DNA from: Eledone cirrhosa
Lineage: Eukaryota
DNA length: 64,000 nt
NCBI GenBank assembly: GCA_964016885.1
Contig: OZ024742.1
Coordinates: 248,124,001 to 248,188,000 of the forward strand
Direction of reading: 5' to 3'
The first letter of the stretch is position 1. Each line of letters opens with the position of its first letter. Positions 28,098 to 44,001 of this stretch are shown one piece after another. Position numbers and translations under genes: made by a program. The notes below the pieces were generated by a model, which saw only the letters and a program-made list of their open reading frames with translations, made no database searches and had not been told where the DNA came from.

Positions 28098-28170
28098 TGT
28101 TATACTTTGGGAGGGTCGTGCTGCTAATAAAAAAACACGCACCTCTTGGTTTTAACTTTAATTTATTGTA
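28098..28170 (-). mobile_element. Family O terminal fragment
   Basis: TGTTATACTTTGGGAGGGTC..CACGCACC, as at 55968. Confidence 0.7.
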
Positions 28171-28700
28171 AGTTTCCGGTTGATTGGATGGTTACGATCA
28201 GAGGTATATCCGTTACGAAGGAGAATTAATATTAGTGTATCAAACTAGACAAACTAAGTTTGTGTTAATACGTTCAACTTTCCCACTCGCTCAATGAATT
28301 CTCGGAACTTGCACTTCCGAAGCGCCAGACCGTGATTCACAGCGTACACATTTAGTTATTAGTGGTAAATTCGGGATTATGTGCGGGTGTGAACAATTTA
28401 CCCCGCTTGGTTTCTATGTCCTATGCACTGCGGTGCAATAATTTCACTCAGTACACAGAAGCTATACATTAAATCCAGAGTTATAGTCATACATTTTACT
28501 CTTATTTGATAAATGATTCGAGTCGAAATTTCTAATACTTTCTTCTCTTTCTATTTGACGTAACTATTTTCAGTGTATACAAGTTTTACCTATCTTTGTG
28601 CATATACTTTTGAACACCACGTCTTCTTTTCACGATGTTGTGTATTTATTCTTCAGATCTTACGCTTAAAATTTTTCGACCTCCGTCTTTTTTGTCATTT

Positions 28701-29258
<558 letters not shown>

Positions 29259-29479
29259 TATATATATATATATATATCAGGAGAAGAAATTTAAAATGCG
29301 ACTGGAGTCTTTTAAGGATATTTATTTATTTCCTTTACGGGATTCAGAATTCTTATGATTTTCAAAAGTAAAATTGAGGGTTTGCACAGGCCAACTTGTT
29401 ATATTTGTCGCCACAGCGTGATCCTTACTGCGGCCAAAATTATATGATCCTCAACAGGTCGATTCGTTGGGTCCCTCCT

Positions 29480-30860
29480 CTCAACGTCTAGTACTGATCG
29501 GTGATAGGCGGGTACGCAGTGAGCCTCTGACAGGATCTCCAAACAGTTCTCCCGCTTTGGAGAGGATCAGACTCGAGATCAACTCGACCAAGCTGGAAGT
29601 CTCGAACGTCAATACCGACGTCGTGGACGTGCGCTTTTCCCTCCATCATGTGCAAGAGACCGAAAAGGATGAGATACTTATTATCCTCGGTTCGACTATC
29701 CTCCCGCCCATCACTCGCTCTATCCTCAGATTGAAAATACGACATCTAGAATCCATGACGTTTAGAATGAATCTAATTAACGTCCAGCTAGCATGCCTTC
29801 TGTGGAGGAACTGTTTCGCCATGCCGAAGCTCTTGTATACCTTCTGCAGTAACTTCTACTACAACCAAGCGTCTCTCTTCACAGATCTCGTCACTGCATC
29901 CTATGGGCTGCTGAGGAGATATGCAACGTCCGGTTTGGCTAAACCGAATGGCAGCAGACTATCTTACTCGTCAAATATGGTGTCCTCGTTCTCCAGTCTC
30001 CTGTCTCACTGGCGCTGCTTGCTTTCTTTTCATCTGAGACACCTTGCCATGTCAACATCACCAAGGCTTTATACGACACAACTGAACATCCAGTGATCAA
30101 ATAGAGTGGGGCGGCTTACGGGTTATGAAACCAGCTCCGCTTCTGCCTTGTAAATGTTCATCATCTTCTCCCCTCCGTAGGTGTCCAGCTCCCAAAAAAA
30201 TCGGACGCCATCATTTGCAAATTGATTTCCGATGGGCTGGTGCCTGGTTCAACGCAGTTCCATCACTCTCAACTGGCATTCAGCTGGACAGCTATGGTCT
30301 CTGCATCGTTGTTTCACTGAGGCTCGGCCTTCGCATCTGGGAACCTCAGAAATGCCACTGCAGCATCATCTTTGTATCCGTTCGATCCCCCCCCCCACTG
30401 ACCTGCAGTTCCAATGCTGGCCGTCTCATAAAACATGACCTATGCGGCGCAGTCTTCCATTCTCAGCTCGAACCTGCCGGACCGAGGGGTCAGCAAAAGA
30501 ACAGACGGCATGACAATCTTCCCGTTCTGCGGTAGGCCCCACATCTGGGATGCCACTTTCTGTAACACCTACACTAGTGATAACCTTGTGCGTTAGGCTA
30601 CCAGCCCAGGCTCTGCTGCCCGTCAAGCTGAAGAGAGCAAACCGTCCAAGTATCGGCTACTCTCATATATCGTGTTTTAGAGCCTGTAGCAGTGGAGACT
30701 TCCGGCGTTCTTGTCCCCCGCACCACATCCCTACTCACTACTATCGGAGATGAGTTGGCGAGCCCCACAAGGTTGTCTGGCTGTTCCAGCGGGTCTCCGT
30801 CGTCGTCCTCCGGGACAATGTATTTTCCACCTTGTCGGCATCACGTTCTCTCTATTTCGA
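29480..30860 (+). mobile_element. Degenerate CRE-like LINE with restriction-like endonuclease
   Basis: AGAWFNAVP..LRLGL..CHC..LTC..GRLIKHD..LEP.G..RTDGMT..WDAT..ETSG motifs across frameshifts. Confidence 0.75.
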
Positions 30861-30929
30861 CATGTAGAAAAAGCAAAGGTCTAGCTATGCACTTCACTTC
30901 GTCTTCAAGGAAAGAGAGGGAGAGAGGGG

Positions 30930-31030
<101 letters not shown>

Positions 31031-31948
31031 ATGGAGTAATAGTTAGAAAATAAGAGAAATAGAGTAAACGTTAGAGGTGCAGAGAGATAGTGAGACGGAG
31101 GATAGAATGAGAAGTTGGGGCAGAAAAAAGAAACACATTGATCAGGAAGTAGCCATATTAAAATATAGAAAATATGAGATAATAGACACATATCGATATT
31201 GCATGACAATCTCTAATGTGTGTGTGTATTGTATTCTAGCATGTTGTATTAGTAGAATTGAAATCGTGTTAGTAGATCCGTGTGTTTTATGTATTGTGGT
31301 TTTTATTTTGGTATATGTTTGCCATGTGTAAAGATAAACAGTATTACATAGCCAAAACAATGTGGCGTTCAATCTGCATTGTATTCAGTTCTACACATTA
31401 AATGTTAAGCTGAACCAAATCCCATCCAGCAATCATCAATTTAAGCGGAATCATCTGTAGAGATTTTATAATATGCTTTAGTGTGGTTGACTCTAGTTAC
31501 CAGAAAGAAATATTATAATCATATTTAGGGATCATTTATAGAAGCATGATAGAGTCATGAGTTTGCTGAGACGGCAAAATGTTACAGTCACTAGCAGGCC
31601 TTGCATTAATGTTTCTGCTTTTCTGCTTTTGAAATCGCGATGAGATTAATTTCGCCTCTCATCCTTTCCGGCTCAATAAAAAGTTCCACCAATCCAAGAT
31701 GGTGAGTAGGCGGAATTCTTAGAAAGCTGATTGAGAAGGACCTCAGAAAATCAGTCTCAATTCAGCCTTTATCACCGGAAACATGGTGGAATTGTAGGAC
31801 ATTGGGGCCAATCATTAAAGTAATTAAAATATGTATGTAACCTTAAAGGGACATACTAAATTTACGCAGGTGTGAAACGTTATAACTCTAACAATGGGTT
31901 GCTGAATTTAGACTTGCCTATTATCAGCCAATTCATCTCTGGGTTTTA

Positions 31949-32046
<98 letters not shown>

Positions 32047-32589
32047 CTAATCATTTATTTGTTGATGCATACATACATATAAATACCTATCTATCTACAT
32101 GCAAACATATATACACACGCCCATACGTACGTATATACATACATAACCACTCGCGTACACATACATTTTTACTTGCGCACCTACGTATCTACCTACCTAT
32201 ATATATACATACATACACAATTAAATGTTGATTTCTGAGCCAACGATTAGCCACTACTTTTATCGATTTTTCGAGGTTATTTTAGTGTATTATGATGTTC
32301 CGTAATACTGGCATAGTTTACCACAGAGTATGAAACATGTGATTGTGTTTATATTTGTTTATCCAAACATTTACAGTTTGGCTACATCTAGTCGTCTAGA
32401 AACACTATGATTGATTGTTTCCTGGAGATCTGCCATATTTTCTGCAGGTATTGTACTTCGTATTGTAACACTATAGCTCTGCCGACATTTCTGATGGGAT
32501 GTTCGTAACCTTCTGATGAGTTCAACAACATTTCAGTATCAACAACAATTGGCCTCGGTCTCTAACAAAGTTCATTCGATTAAGGCAAT

Positions 32590-32740
32590 GAATTGGCAGA
32601 GTCGTTAGCAGGTCAGATAGAATCTTTGCAGTGTTCTTCCAGGCTCTCTGTCCTCTAAGTTCAAATCCTACCGATGTCATCTTTGGTGTTCATCCGTTCA
32701 AGTTTGATAAATGAAATACCAAACAAGTACTGGGGACAAT
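32590..32740 (+). mobile_element. Diverged SINE family 1
   Basis: TGGCAGAGTCG..AAGTTCAAATCC..GATAAATGAAATACCA. Confidence 0.65.
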
Positions 32741-33458
32741 TTTCCCTGTACTATCTCTATGTCTCGCATTCTCACTGGCTATCTCACCATATATTTCTAG
32801 AATGGGCTCCACCAGATTTACGTTCCCGAGACATATCGTACACAACGACGGTGACACTGCCATACTATCAAGTGTTCAGATTTTGTTATTCAAATTGTCT
32901 GAATTGTTAGAGCACTGAATACTTTTCCAGGTTCTCTGCGTCCAGTGTTCGCATCACGACAAGATTTACTGTAGCTTTGACAAGTGAAGTATCATTTTAT
33001 TTCTTGTGCAGTCCTCTCTCCTTCCAAATTTCTCATTCCGGATCTTCTACTCGAAGAAGCAAGGAATGTCGAGGGATTTGATAAAAGATCTGTGCTTGCT
33101 TTTATGTACATGGGCACCAACATCTATGAGTGTGAGCATGATACATAATACCAAACCATATATGACGTCTGCAGTTGGTTTTATTCTGTTATTTTGTTAT
33201 TGCTTTAAGAATTATTGTAAACACAACGCCTTACAGTTAGGCCACGAAGCTGAAACTTCGAAGTCACTGCTAATTTTCTACGCGAAAGATCAATTTGTAC
33301 ACTCTATCCACAAGTATTGAGTGATCATTCACATAATGTTCGAATGTTTCAAACACTAGGCTAATTTGCACCCATATATTTACATACATATACACACACA
33401 CTCACTGATACACATACTCATACATACACTCACGCATGTATATATATATATATATATG

Positions 33459-33497
<39 letters not shown>

Positions 33498-35174
33498 ATG
33501 TGTGTGTGTGTGTATGTCTGTCTGTCTGTGTTTGCGTGGGTGCGTGTTTGTGTGAGTGTGCGTGTATGTGTATGTATATATGTACATATTTGTGTGTGTG
33601 CGCGGGCGTAAGAAAACTGATTGGAACGCGCCTACGAAACCAATTGTAAATACTGAGATAAATTTTGTTGAAGAAAAGTTATGCCAATGGTTATGAAAAG
33701 CATAATGTTAGTAAGTTAGTAGTAATTACTAGCAGAATGGCCCAAAAGCATGTAATTGCGTTCCCTCTCTTTCTTGTTGTTTTTGCTGCTGTTGGTGTTA
33801 ATAGCAGGCGTTGGTCGTACTACTAACACCGTCTCGTTCTTCTTCAGCAAATCATGTATATCCCCTTCTGCCTCGTCTACCTAAACAATGATTGTAGCAC
33901 CTCCTTGTACACAATGTTCCTTGTTCTTCCTTGTTGGGCATATGCAAAGAGATGTGTCTTGCTTCCCACTCTTGAGCAGCCAACGTATAGTTGCCCGTGA
34001 CGAATTTATTCCTAGTTGGTAATTGGTAAAGAGAATAAAAAAATTTCCGCTTACAGTCAGCGTACGTGATTAATCATAGGTGTGGGGATATTTTGGCGGG
34101 GGTTTTCTAAAAGATCCACTATTTCTATCTACTGTGGTTAGTGGAAATGTCTCAGGATATGTTATCAAAAAATTAGTAACTGACATTTACCGATTGAATA
34201 ATAAGCCGACCGTCGGAATCGTAATCTCAACTTTAATTGGTAACCTGGGCTGGCTTGCCTCGCTCATATTATATATTAAAATAACAGATTAAAGTTTAAG
34301 CAAAGAATCGCTGTTTTCACCCTTAACGGGATTTTTTGAAACTAAAAAAAATCATCAAGCTGTGAACGCAGAAGTAAATATTTCTAAAAACGTTGCAACT
34401 GAAAGAAAACAGGAAGACGATATTTTGGTTCGTGAAGACATTCCCTGGCAATGAACGGAAAATAGCCAAGATAATACGTCAGCAATGACGTGTTTGTCAT
34501 AATGTCGTAATGCAGACAGCCAGACATACATACAGATATTATAAGGGCGCGACGGAGATCGATAACCGGCGCCTAACAACCCTTTAACAACAGAAAATTG
34601 AAAAATAAAAGCTGCAGTTAATATATTTAGCCCGCAATGAATATATAAATGCAAGTTTGAAGTCAATCGCAGTAGAAATGTGGATTTGTATAGACTTTCC
34701 AAAATTAGGACACACACACACACAGACAACTACAGTTTTCTTTATATATGTATGTATAGAAGATAGTAATAATAAAAGTAATATTTCCATATAATTAAAC
34801 ACATTTTCTCAGAAATAGAAAGAATATATAATAAAAATAGAAGAGGGATACGTATCGCATTGATTCGAAAATGGGTATGTTTGTCTTAGGAAATTATAAT
34901 GTATAAACAAGATGAGAATATGATATGGAGATTTGACAAGGTTGGATTATCCGTTGTTTTCTTTATGTGGGTTTAAACGGTTAATGATTTCTGACAACAC
35001 TATAGTCTACCACGTATATAGCAGAATTCCTACAAAAGATTTAGTATAGACATGACAAGTGTTCTTCATTGCCGATGTACCCCACACACACAAACGCATG
35101 CATATATAATATATATGTCTGTGCATGTATTATATGTATATGCATATGCATGCAACCATCCATACATACATATA

Positions 35175-35272
<98 letters not shown>

Positions 35273-35293
35273 CATATATATATACATATATAT

Positions 35294-35521
35294 ATACAAT
35301 ATGTTGAAAAGGTAACACACCAGAGAGAGATATACAGTGCGCTATCAATAAAACAGGGACCAACGTCTAGTTTTTTCCCTGTTTTATTGATAGCGCACTG
35401 TATATCTCTCTCTGGTGTGTTACCTTTTCAACATATTGTATATTAAAGAGCTCAGGATTTCTTCTCCTTTGAGCACATTATTTACAGGGGATGTCGAGGG
35501 CCAATGGCTCCGTTAATTTAT

Positions 35522-35527
<6 letters not shown>
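35294..35527. mobile_element. Fold-back element (family I)
   Basis: Arms 35294-35358 / 35376-35443 plus right extension; homologous to the HHR-bearing element at 37627-38040(-). Confidence 0.85.
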
Positions 35528-35556
<29 letters not shown>

Positions 35557-35559
<3 letters not shown>

Positions 35560-35611
35560 CAGAAATAGCCGTCGAAACGGCTTGAGCTCTGCCGTAGGGC
35601 TCATACTTTTT

Positions 35612-35615
<4 letters not shown>
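35557..35615 (+). mobile_element. Family J fragment (3' half of a hammerhead)
   Basis: GAAAC-GGC-ttgagctct-GCC-GTA, as at 46222-46250. Confidence 0.65.
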
Positions 35616-35679
<64 letters not shown>

Positions 35680-35771
35680 GTGTGTATATATATATATATA
35701 GGTATGTATCTGTCTGTCTATCTATGTATATATCTCTCTCTATATATATAAATATATATATATATACGTAT

Positions 35772-35958
35772 GTTAAGGTGTGGTAAAAACTAGGTAGACC
35801 ATAACCCACTAGAGTACTTGATACTAAGGGTAGTAGAGTGGGTAACATGAAAAGAGTTAGGACCCCGACGACTGAGCTCCGACCGCTCCAACAACTATAT
35901 CCGAACTGTTCGGATCTAGCTGTCAACATGGACAGAGCTCAACCGTCGGAGTCCTGGA
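35772..35958. mobile_element. Diverged family J fold-back
   Basis: Palindrome about ATCCGAAC-T-GTTCGGAT (~35907); left extension homologous to 46062-46140. Confidence 0.65.
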
Positions 35959-36027
35959 TAACAACACAATCGGTACAGTATATGGAAGGGATATAATAGG
36001 TTAAAGCTTGATATAGCAGGAAGAGGG

Positions 36028-36063
36028 TCTTAACGTTTCGGACGCTAAACCTTCATCAGAAGA
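36028..36063 (-). ncRNA. Minimal hammerhead with GAAACGTT palindromic stem III
   Basis: tctt-CTGATGA-aggtttagcgtcc-GAAACGTT-aaga; related copy at 37007-37043(-) has a broken stem I. Confidence 0.75.
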
Positions 36064-36156
36064 AAGAATGAGAAGTAAGACAGATTGCGGTGACGGGCGG
36101 GTTTGAATTGGAAAAAATGTCTTTAGATAAAAATAACAGGGCCATTCATGTTGAAA

Positions 36157-36204
<48 letters not shown>

Positions 36205-36727
36205 ATAGATAGATAGATAGATAGATGTGTGTGTGGTTGTGTGAGTGCATGTGTGCATGTATGTTTCTATTAAAGAGCGGTATATTTGATGAATATTTAT
36301 AATTTATCCCAACCGTTCACCATATGTTATCTCAAACTTCCCCCGCATCTCTCAATCCAAGTTTTCGTATAATTAACACAGTTAAATACTGCATTCTAGA
36401 TGATAATACATATGTAGTACAGATCTACTACTAATATACTACATCTGCACATACATATGTAATTATTTTGGTTCCACATTCCTTTTGCTATTAATTATAT
36501 ATATAAATGTAATGGTGTAGATAACTTATAATATATACACTCACAGATTTATATACATTTATTATCTATGTATCTATATCTATCTATCTATCTATCTATC
36601 TATATATATATATATATATATATATATCTGTATGTGTGTGTGAGTGTGTGTAAGTTATTGTGTTTGTGTGTGTATGTGTGCGTGTATGTGTGCGTGTATG
36701 TGTGTAAAAGGTTAACCGATATAACAT

Positions 36728-36916
36728 AATTGTTTCTACTTTAGGCACAAGGCCAGCAAATACCCAGTGCATTACTGGTACTTTATTTTATCGACCCCGT
36801 AAGAATGAAAGGCAAAGTCAACCTCGGCGAGATTTGAACTCAGATCGTAAAGGGACGTAACTATGCTGGAAAGCATGGCGTCCGACCCTCTACCGATACT
36901 GCCAACTCACCGCCCT
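36728..36916 (-). mobile_element. SINE family 1, full length
   Basis: A box TGGCAGTATCGG, B box GAGTTCAAATC, central GCCTTTCAT.CTT.CGGGGTCGATAAAAT.AAGTACC (Meta-SINE-like), A/T tail. Confidence 0.85.
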
Positions 36917-37159
36917 ATATTATGTTATAAACCGATATAACATAATATACAGTACCTTACATCGAACAAATGTAGTGTTTTAATGCTTGAAAAAGCAGGA
37001 AGAGATCCTTAACGTTTCGGACCTCTACTCCTTCATCAGGAGCCACATATTATTTCCATATATGTATGGATCACCATCTGGTATTCCAGTCTTCTTCTTC
37101 TTCTTCTTCTTCTTCTTCTTCTTCTTCTTCTTCTTCTTCTTCTTCTTCTTCTTCTTCTT

Positions 37160-37196
<37 letters not shown>

Positions 37197-37409
37197 TAGC
37201 ACCACCAATATCATCAACCTATATACGATCAGACAGAACATAAACAACGCCAAAGAAAGCAGACAGGAAGTTCTTCGAAAAGCCAAAGGCAATGCTCTTC
37301 CATCTCCGATTAAAATATTTACTTACACGTACACACACATGCACACATATACATATATATAAACATACATAATGTGCGTGATTACATATATATATATATA
37401 TACACACAC

Positions 37410-37440
<31 letters not shown>

Positions 37441-37466
37441 CACACATATATATATATATGTATTTA

Positions 37467-37526
<60 letters not shown>

Positions 37527-37541
37527 CACATATATATACAT

Positions 37542-37572
<31 letters not shown>

Positions 37573-37878
37573 CATATATACATATGTGTATATATATATA
37601 TATATATGTACGTATATATATATATATCACGATAAATTAACAGAGCCATAGACTCTCGTTATTCCCTGTCAATAATGTACTCAAACGAAAAGGAATCCTG
37701 AGCTCTTTAAAATACAATATGTTGAAGAGGTAACACACTAAAGAGAGATAGTGTGCCATCAATAACACAGAGAAAACCACCACTGTATGGAGTCTATAAT
37801 CTATGAAAGGCAAGGTAGACACACAATAAATAAAAATATAAATTAAAATGTATATAGGCACCTCTATAACTATATAAC

Positions 37879-37960
37879 ACACGGGTACAAATCCAAAGAG
37901 ATCTGTTTCGCCAGGAAGTTGTTGCCTGAATGGAATAGCCTATGGTTCATCAGCCCGTGC
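37879..37960 (-). ncRNA. Full type I hammerhead (family I element 37627-38040)
   Basis: gcacggg-CTGATGA-acca..tggc-GAAA-cagatc/gatttg-TA-cccgtgt; 7-bp stem I, 6-bp stem III, GUA triplet. Confidence 0.85.
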
Positions 37961-38043
37961 AAGACTATATATTCCAGACAACTCTAAGAGTATCGAAAGA
38001 GACCGTCCAGCTACACGCGGCAGAGAGATGTCACAGCGTGTTT

Positions 38044-38144
<101 letters not shown>

Positions 38145-38145
38145 C

Positions 38146-38745
38146 AAGTGTTAAAACTGATATAAAGCCCTCAACCGATTACTGGAGTAAATATTCAATA
38201 TATTTATAAATGGAAACTATATTTATAAATCCATAATCATTTTATTATATATATTTCAAGTGCAACCAAGGCAATTTTGGTGTGCTTTCATCAGGTAAAA
38301 TACAAAATATGTTTCATAAATGTTGACATTCGCGTAGAAAAACATATTTTGTATTTTATCTGATGAAAACACACCAAAATTGCCTTGGTTGCCCTTGAAA
38401 TATATATAATAAAATAATTATGGTTTTATAAATATAGTTTCCATTTATTAATATATTGTTTATAAAACCATAATTATTTTATTATATATATTTCAAGGGC
38501 AACCAAGGCAATTTTTGTGTGCTTTCATCAGATAAAATACAAAATATGTTTTTCTACGCGTATGTCAACATTTATAAAACATATTTTGTATTTTATCTGA
38601 TGAAAGCACACCTAAATTGCCTTGGTTGCACTTGAAATATATATAATAAAATAATTATGGTTTTATAAATATAGTTTCCATTTATTAATATATTGAATAT
38701 TTACTCCAGTAATCGGTTGAGGGCTTTATATCAGTTATAACACTT
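38146..38745. mobile_element. Four-armed fold-back element (family A relative) with 4 HHRs
   Basis: HHRs at 38239-38301(-), 38352-38416(+), 38475-38539(-) and 38589-38653(+): tattttat-CTGATGA..GAAA-T-ATAT-ATA-ataaaata. Confidence 0.92.
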
Positions 38746-38804
38746 CAGTAATGCACTGGCTAATTACTGGCCTTGTGCCTAAAGTAGAAACAATTAATAT
38801 ATTG

Positions 38805-38915
<111 letters not shown>

Positions 38916-39288
38916 GTGTGAGTGTGCTGTGTATGTGTGCGTGCGTGGTTCTTGGGTGTTGTTTCTATGCATAATAAATGCATAGATGTTCATACTAGCT
39001 AATCAAACGTCTTGAAGTTAATCTATCTATCGATGTAATAGTAAAACTGTGTGATTGCTTGCTTGCTTGTGTGTAATTGAATACAGACAAAAGGGTGCAT
39101 CATGGGAAAATACTTTGAATGGAAGTTGAGCCTGAAATGCGAATACGAATGAAATAAAACAAGTTTCACGTAAACCGGCGAAAGGGAATCGAGATATGGG
39201 GTTTTCTGTGTACCTTCATAAATAGAGAAAGAGAAGTGGAGAGAGAAAGAGATAGTGGATGTGAGAGAGTAGATTCAAAGAGGGACAT

Positions 39289-39350
<62 letters not shown>

Positions 39351-39384
39351 AGAATGGAAGAGATAGAGCTGGTTGTGTTGTGTG

Positions 39385-39415
<31 letters not shown>

Positions 39416-39612
39416 TTAGATATATATGTGTATATATATATATATATATATTTTATTTTATATGTATATATATATATATATATATTAGAAAGTGAGGTTT
39501 TTTTTACAAATTTTTTATATATATATATACATATGTATATGTATATGTATATAGGTGTGTGTGTCTATGACCAGTGTATATAGATTCAAGACACCCACAT
39601 ATAAATATATAT

Positions 39613-39649
<37 letters not shown>

Positions 39650-41285
39650 TGTATACACACATTTATATATATATAAATACACACACGTATATATATGGGC
39701 CTTCCAGTTTCATTTCATATTATATACATGTCTGTTTATATTTTAATTATTTCAAAACATGATTTCAAAAAGATATTTTGAAAGGAACGTGAGCCAGCGG
39801 GTCTCGGGTGGTCTAGAATCTATTATAAGCCGAATTCCGCACACTACAAGTCACAGATGTTGCATTGCCTCGGAGCAAATCAGTTTATTATTAATACATT
39901 TTTCATTATTCATTGAATTTCGCTCATTGAAATTATAGTCATTATTGTAGCCTGTAAATATCCAAACAATGAATGTCATACCAAGTGACCACGGAAAGGA
40001 TGGCTAGTTACGCTTGAGACTATCTCAATGAATTCCGCCTAAAATGAACCGTTATATTCCTTAAAATATGAAGCCCAACAAATATGAGGGAATCTTCGAT
40101 ACCGCAAAATGGGTAGTATGATCACGGTTAGATTGCCTTTATTCTGAGTTCTTTGGGGGTATGCAGATACAGCACGAACATCATCAACGAGAATAACAAA
40201 CGATGAAGCACTTTCGGTACTACTGAAGGTACTAAGATGAATCTAGAGCTAAGAGCTACATTTCAAACATAAAAATGCCAAAATACATTCAGCCAAGTTG
40301 CACATAACCAGTATACACAGAAAGCATTCTATATAAGATTATTGATGTAAGCTTTTCAAGTAAAGACAAAAGAACATGAAGTGTTATATGCATATCCCCT
40401 TGCTACAGGAGTAGTTAAACTTTTATTCGCTTCTTACGCCACGCAAGAATAAGGTGTACCTGTTCTAAACAGAACCACTATTGACTTAAATATTCGAATG
40501 GTTCATTATTTCATCAATTTCAAGTTGATGAGAGCAAAGCTGACCACGGCAATATTTGAACTAGAAACTAAAAAACCCGCACAAATATAATTTTTATCTG
40601 ACACCCTAACTATTCTGCAAATATTTTACCTGTAGCAGATCCATTAAAATAATGTGAAAAGTATATACGCATGGACACATACTCTCTCTATCTGTTTCTC
40701 TATCTCTCTTTTTTTTTAAATTTCACTCCCTCAACCCACCCCCCTCTCTCAAATTCACTCACACTATTTAACTCACTCTCCCTCACATACATCCACACAC
40801 ATTCTCTACAAAGCAGGACTCTATTTAGATATATATTCTTTAATAATGATATATAAATATTTCAATTTAGTTACCATTTACCGTATCGTTTTATCCACAG
40901 CCAGAAATAATTATTTTAGAAATGTATAATTTAAATCTATTTCTATTTTGCCACGATATGCGAGGAATACGACTAAATTTATACAAGTCATTAAACTGTT
41001 TCTTTAAGTATGGAACAACGACCGTTTAATTTTTTTTTCATTACTACCATTTTAAAAATCTTTTTAGAGACGGTATATTTTATTGTGTATCAATGCAGCT
41101 GTTTTCTTTAGTTCTTTTTATCTGTTTGTCCCCAAAAGAAAGAGAATGTTCTCGACATCCTTCTGTAATTCTTTGTGGGGTTGTATTGAGGAGGCAAATT
41201 GTTTGGGATGGAGATTTGAAAGTACAACGAAATAACCCGGAACCAACACCACAGAACATTATATATATATTCATACATGTATGTA

Positions 41286-41352
<67 letters not shown>

Positions 41353-41354
41353 GG

Positions 41355-41842
<488 letters not shown>

Positions 41843-42381
41843 TATATATATACAAGTGGAAGGTAGGTAAAATCTAGGTTATGGCAGTGGCAACACCTTA
41901 GAGTAATTAACATACGTTAGATAGAGTGACACATTGAAAACTGCGGCTCGGGGACATAGCCTCATAATTCGCCAAAACAATCAGGTTTTATATATAATTG
42001 GATGCTTAGTAAAATCGGATCTTTGGCGGTGTGCAAGCCAATTCGACCTACTATATGAATGTGTTAGCAAAGCACTCGACAAGGTAGGTTCTTAGAGTAA
42101 ATAACATACGTTTAAATAGCTTGACAAATTGAACATTGTGGTAGGCAAAATCTAACGCACAATACCAAAGTAACGAAAGAAATAACAGGCTGAGAAAAAT
42201 ACACCTGTACAAATCAAACGTTATACGTTTAAAGTGTTTCTATGAATCCGAAATCAAACATCAGACTTACGTAACTGGCAAGCTCGTGGTATTCATGATC
42301 GAACAGAGGATTCAATTCATCAACAGGTTTTCGTTCTACCAAAGAACGGGGCGAGATACTAAATGCTGCCGCTAGCAGCAG

Positions 42382-42427
<46 letters not shown>

Positions 42428-43198
42428 ATTGTTTACCTGTTCATAATTGATTATATATGTATATTTACTTAGTTTTTTTAAATATATATGTATATATTAC
42501 ATGTATATGTTTTAAATGGGCTGTATAACTTTAATACTTACTGCTCCTTTCTATTTTCTTTTCTTAGTGTGTGAATACCAGCGACGACAGATAACGTTAT
42601 CAGAATCACGGATGTTACTTACATTTAGCGCCATTTTTGTTGATATTACACCTCCGGTATTTGATAATATATGACTGATACGAATTAGATGAGCTAATTA
42701 ATTAAACCACCATTTAAAAGGATCACTGTTGGACTTGAAGATTGCCAATAAACTAGGACCTTCTTAAACAAGACAAACAACAACTATTACCGATAAAACA
42801 ACAGCAACTATTACTACTACTGCTGTTACTACCACCACTACCATCAACGATGTGTACGCCTTCCTATATATTGCTTGTTCTCTTTATCGCATTCACAGAT
42901 AAAATCAAAGGTAAGTTAATATATTTATGTATATATTTGTATTACAGAAAAGGGCTCTACAAAAAAATATCATGAAATCCAGTGTAAAATGAAGGGTGTT
43001 GCTTAAAAAAAAACAATGAGACTCCCCATCAACATGGATCTATCTAACTACCCATCTATCTATCTATCTATCTATCTATCTATATATCTATCTATGGTAA
43101 CAGTTATGTAACTGTCACGACATCATTAGACAGCTATTAAATGAGCAGAAAAAATACATGTAGTTCTATATAGACACATACACATATAAATATGTATG

Positions 43199-43293
<95 letters not shown>

Positions 43294-43295
43294 GT

Positions 43296-43374
<79 letters not shown>

Positions 43375-43415
43375 CGAAACATAAGTCAATTGCATGAACT
43401 CACAATCTTTGATTT

Positions 43416-43471
43416 ACTGCTATATATATTTCGATGATAGCCATTGTATGGCTATGACCTCATCAGTCAGT
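43416..43471 (-). ncRNA. Minimal hammerhead in a ~160-bp (TA)n-flanked insert
   Basis: actga-CTGATGA-ggtc-atagccat/atggctat-catc-GAAA-T-ATAT-ATA-gcagt. Confidence 0.82.
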
Positions 43472-43529
43472 TAGTCAGTTCTTAGATATGCCAGCTCTGT
43501 GTTTTTGGTGTTGATGGTTTCAGAGCCTC

Positions 43530-43624
<95 letters not shown>

Positions 43625-43947
43625 GTATGTAAGCATATATATATACCCGTGTGTATGTATATATGTATCAATAACAAAATATTCACAAATGGATATGCGT
43701 CTTGGACTGGGCTACGACACATGAACTGAAATTCCACTGCTCATATATCATATAATTAACAAAACTGGCTTATATAAAGGTTAATGCTACTCCATCCCAT
43801 ATATCAACATGTTCCTATGTCTATCTATATATCATTCTATTAATTTACGACTACCATCAGTCTATCTGTTTTTCTGAGCATATCACTATCTGCCTATCAC
43901 TGCCAACAACATCTTTCTAGCTAGTCTTCTACTTCTCTCTCTCAATC

Positions 43948-44001
<54 letters not shown>

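Noticed and set aside
32230-33000. Possible decayed mariner transposase (also RPPYS at ~46960)
   Set aside because: Only vague motif echoes and no terminal inverted repeats found.
33690-33885. Possible minus-strand terminal exon with a hydrophobic end (..FWAILLVITNLLTLCFS*)
   Set aside because: Stops upstream in frame, no partner exons, no recognisable homology.
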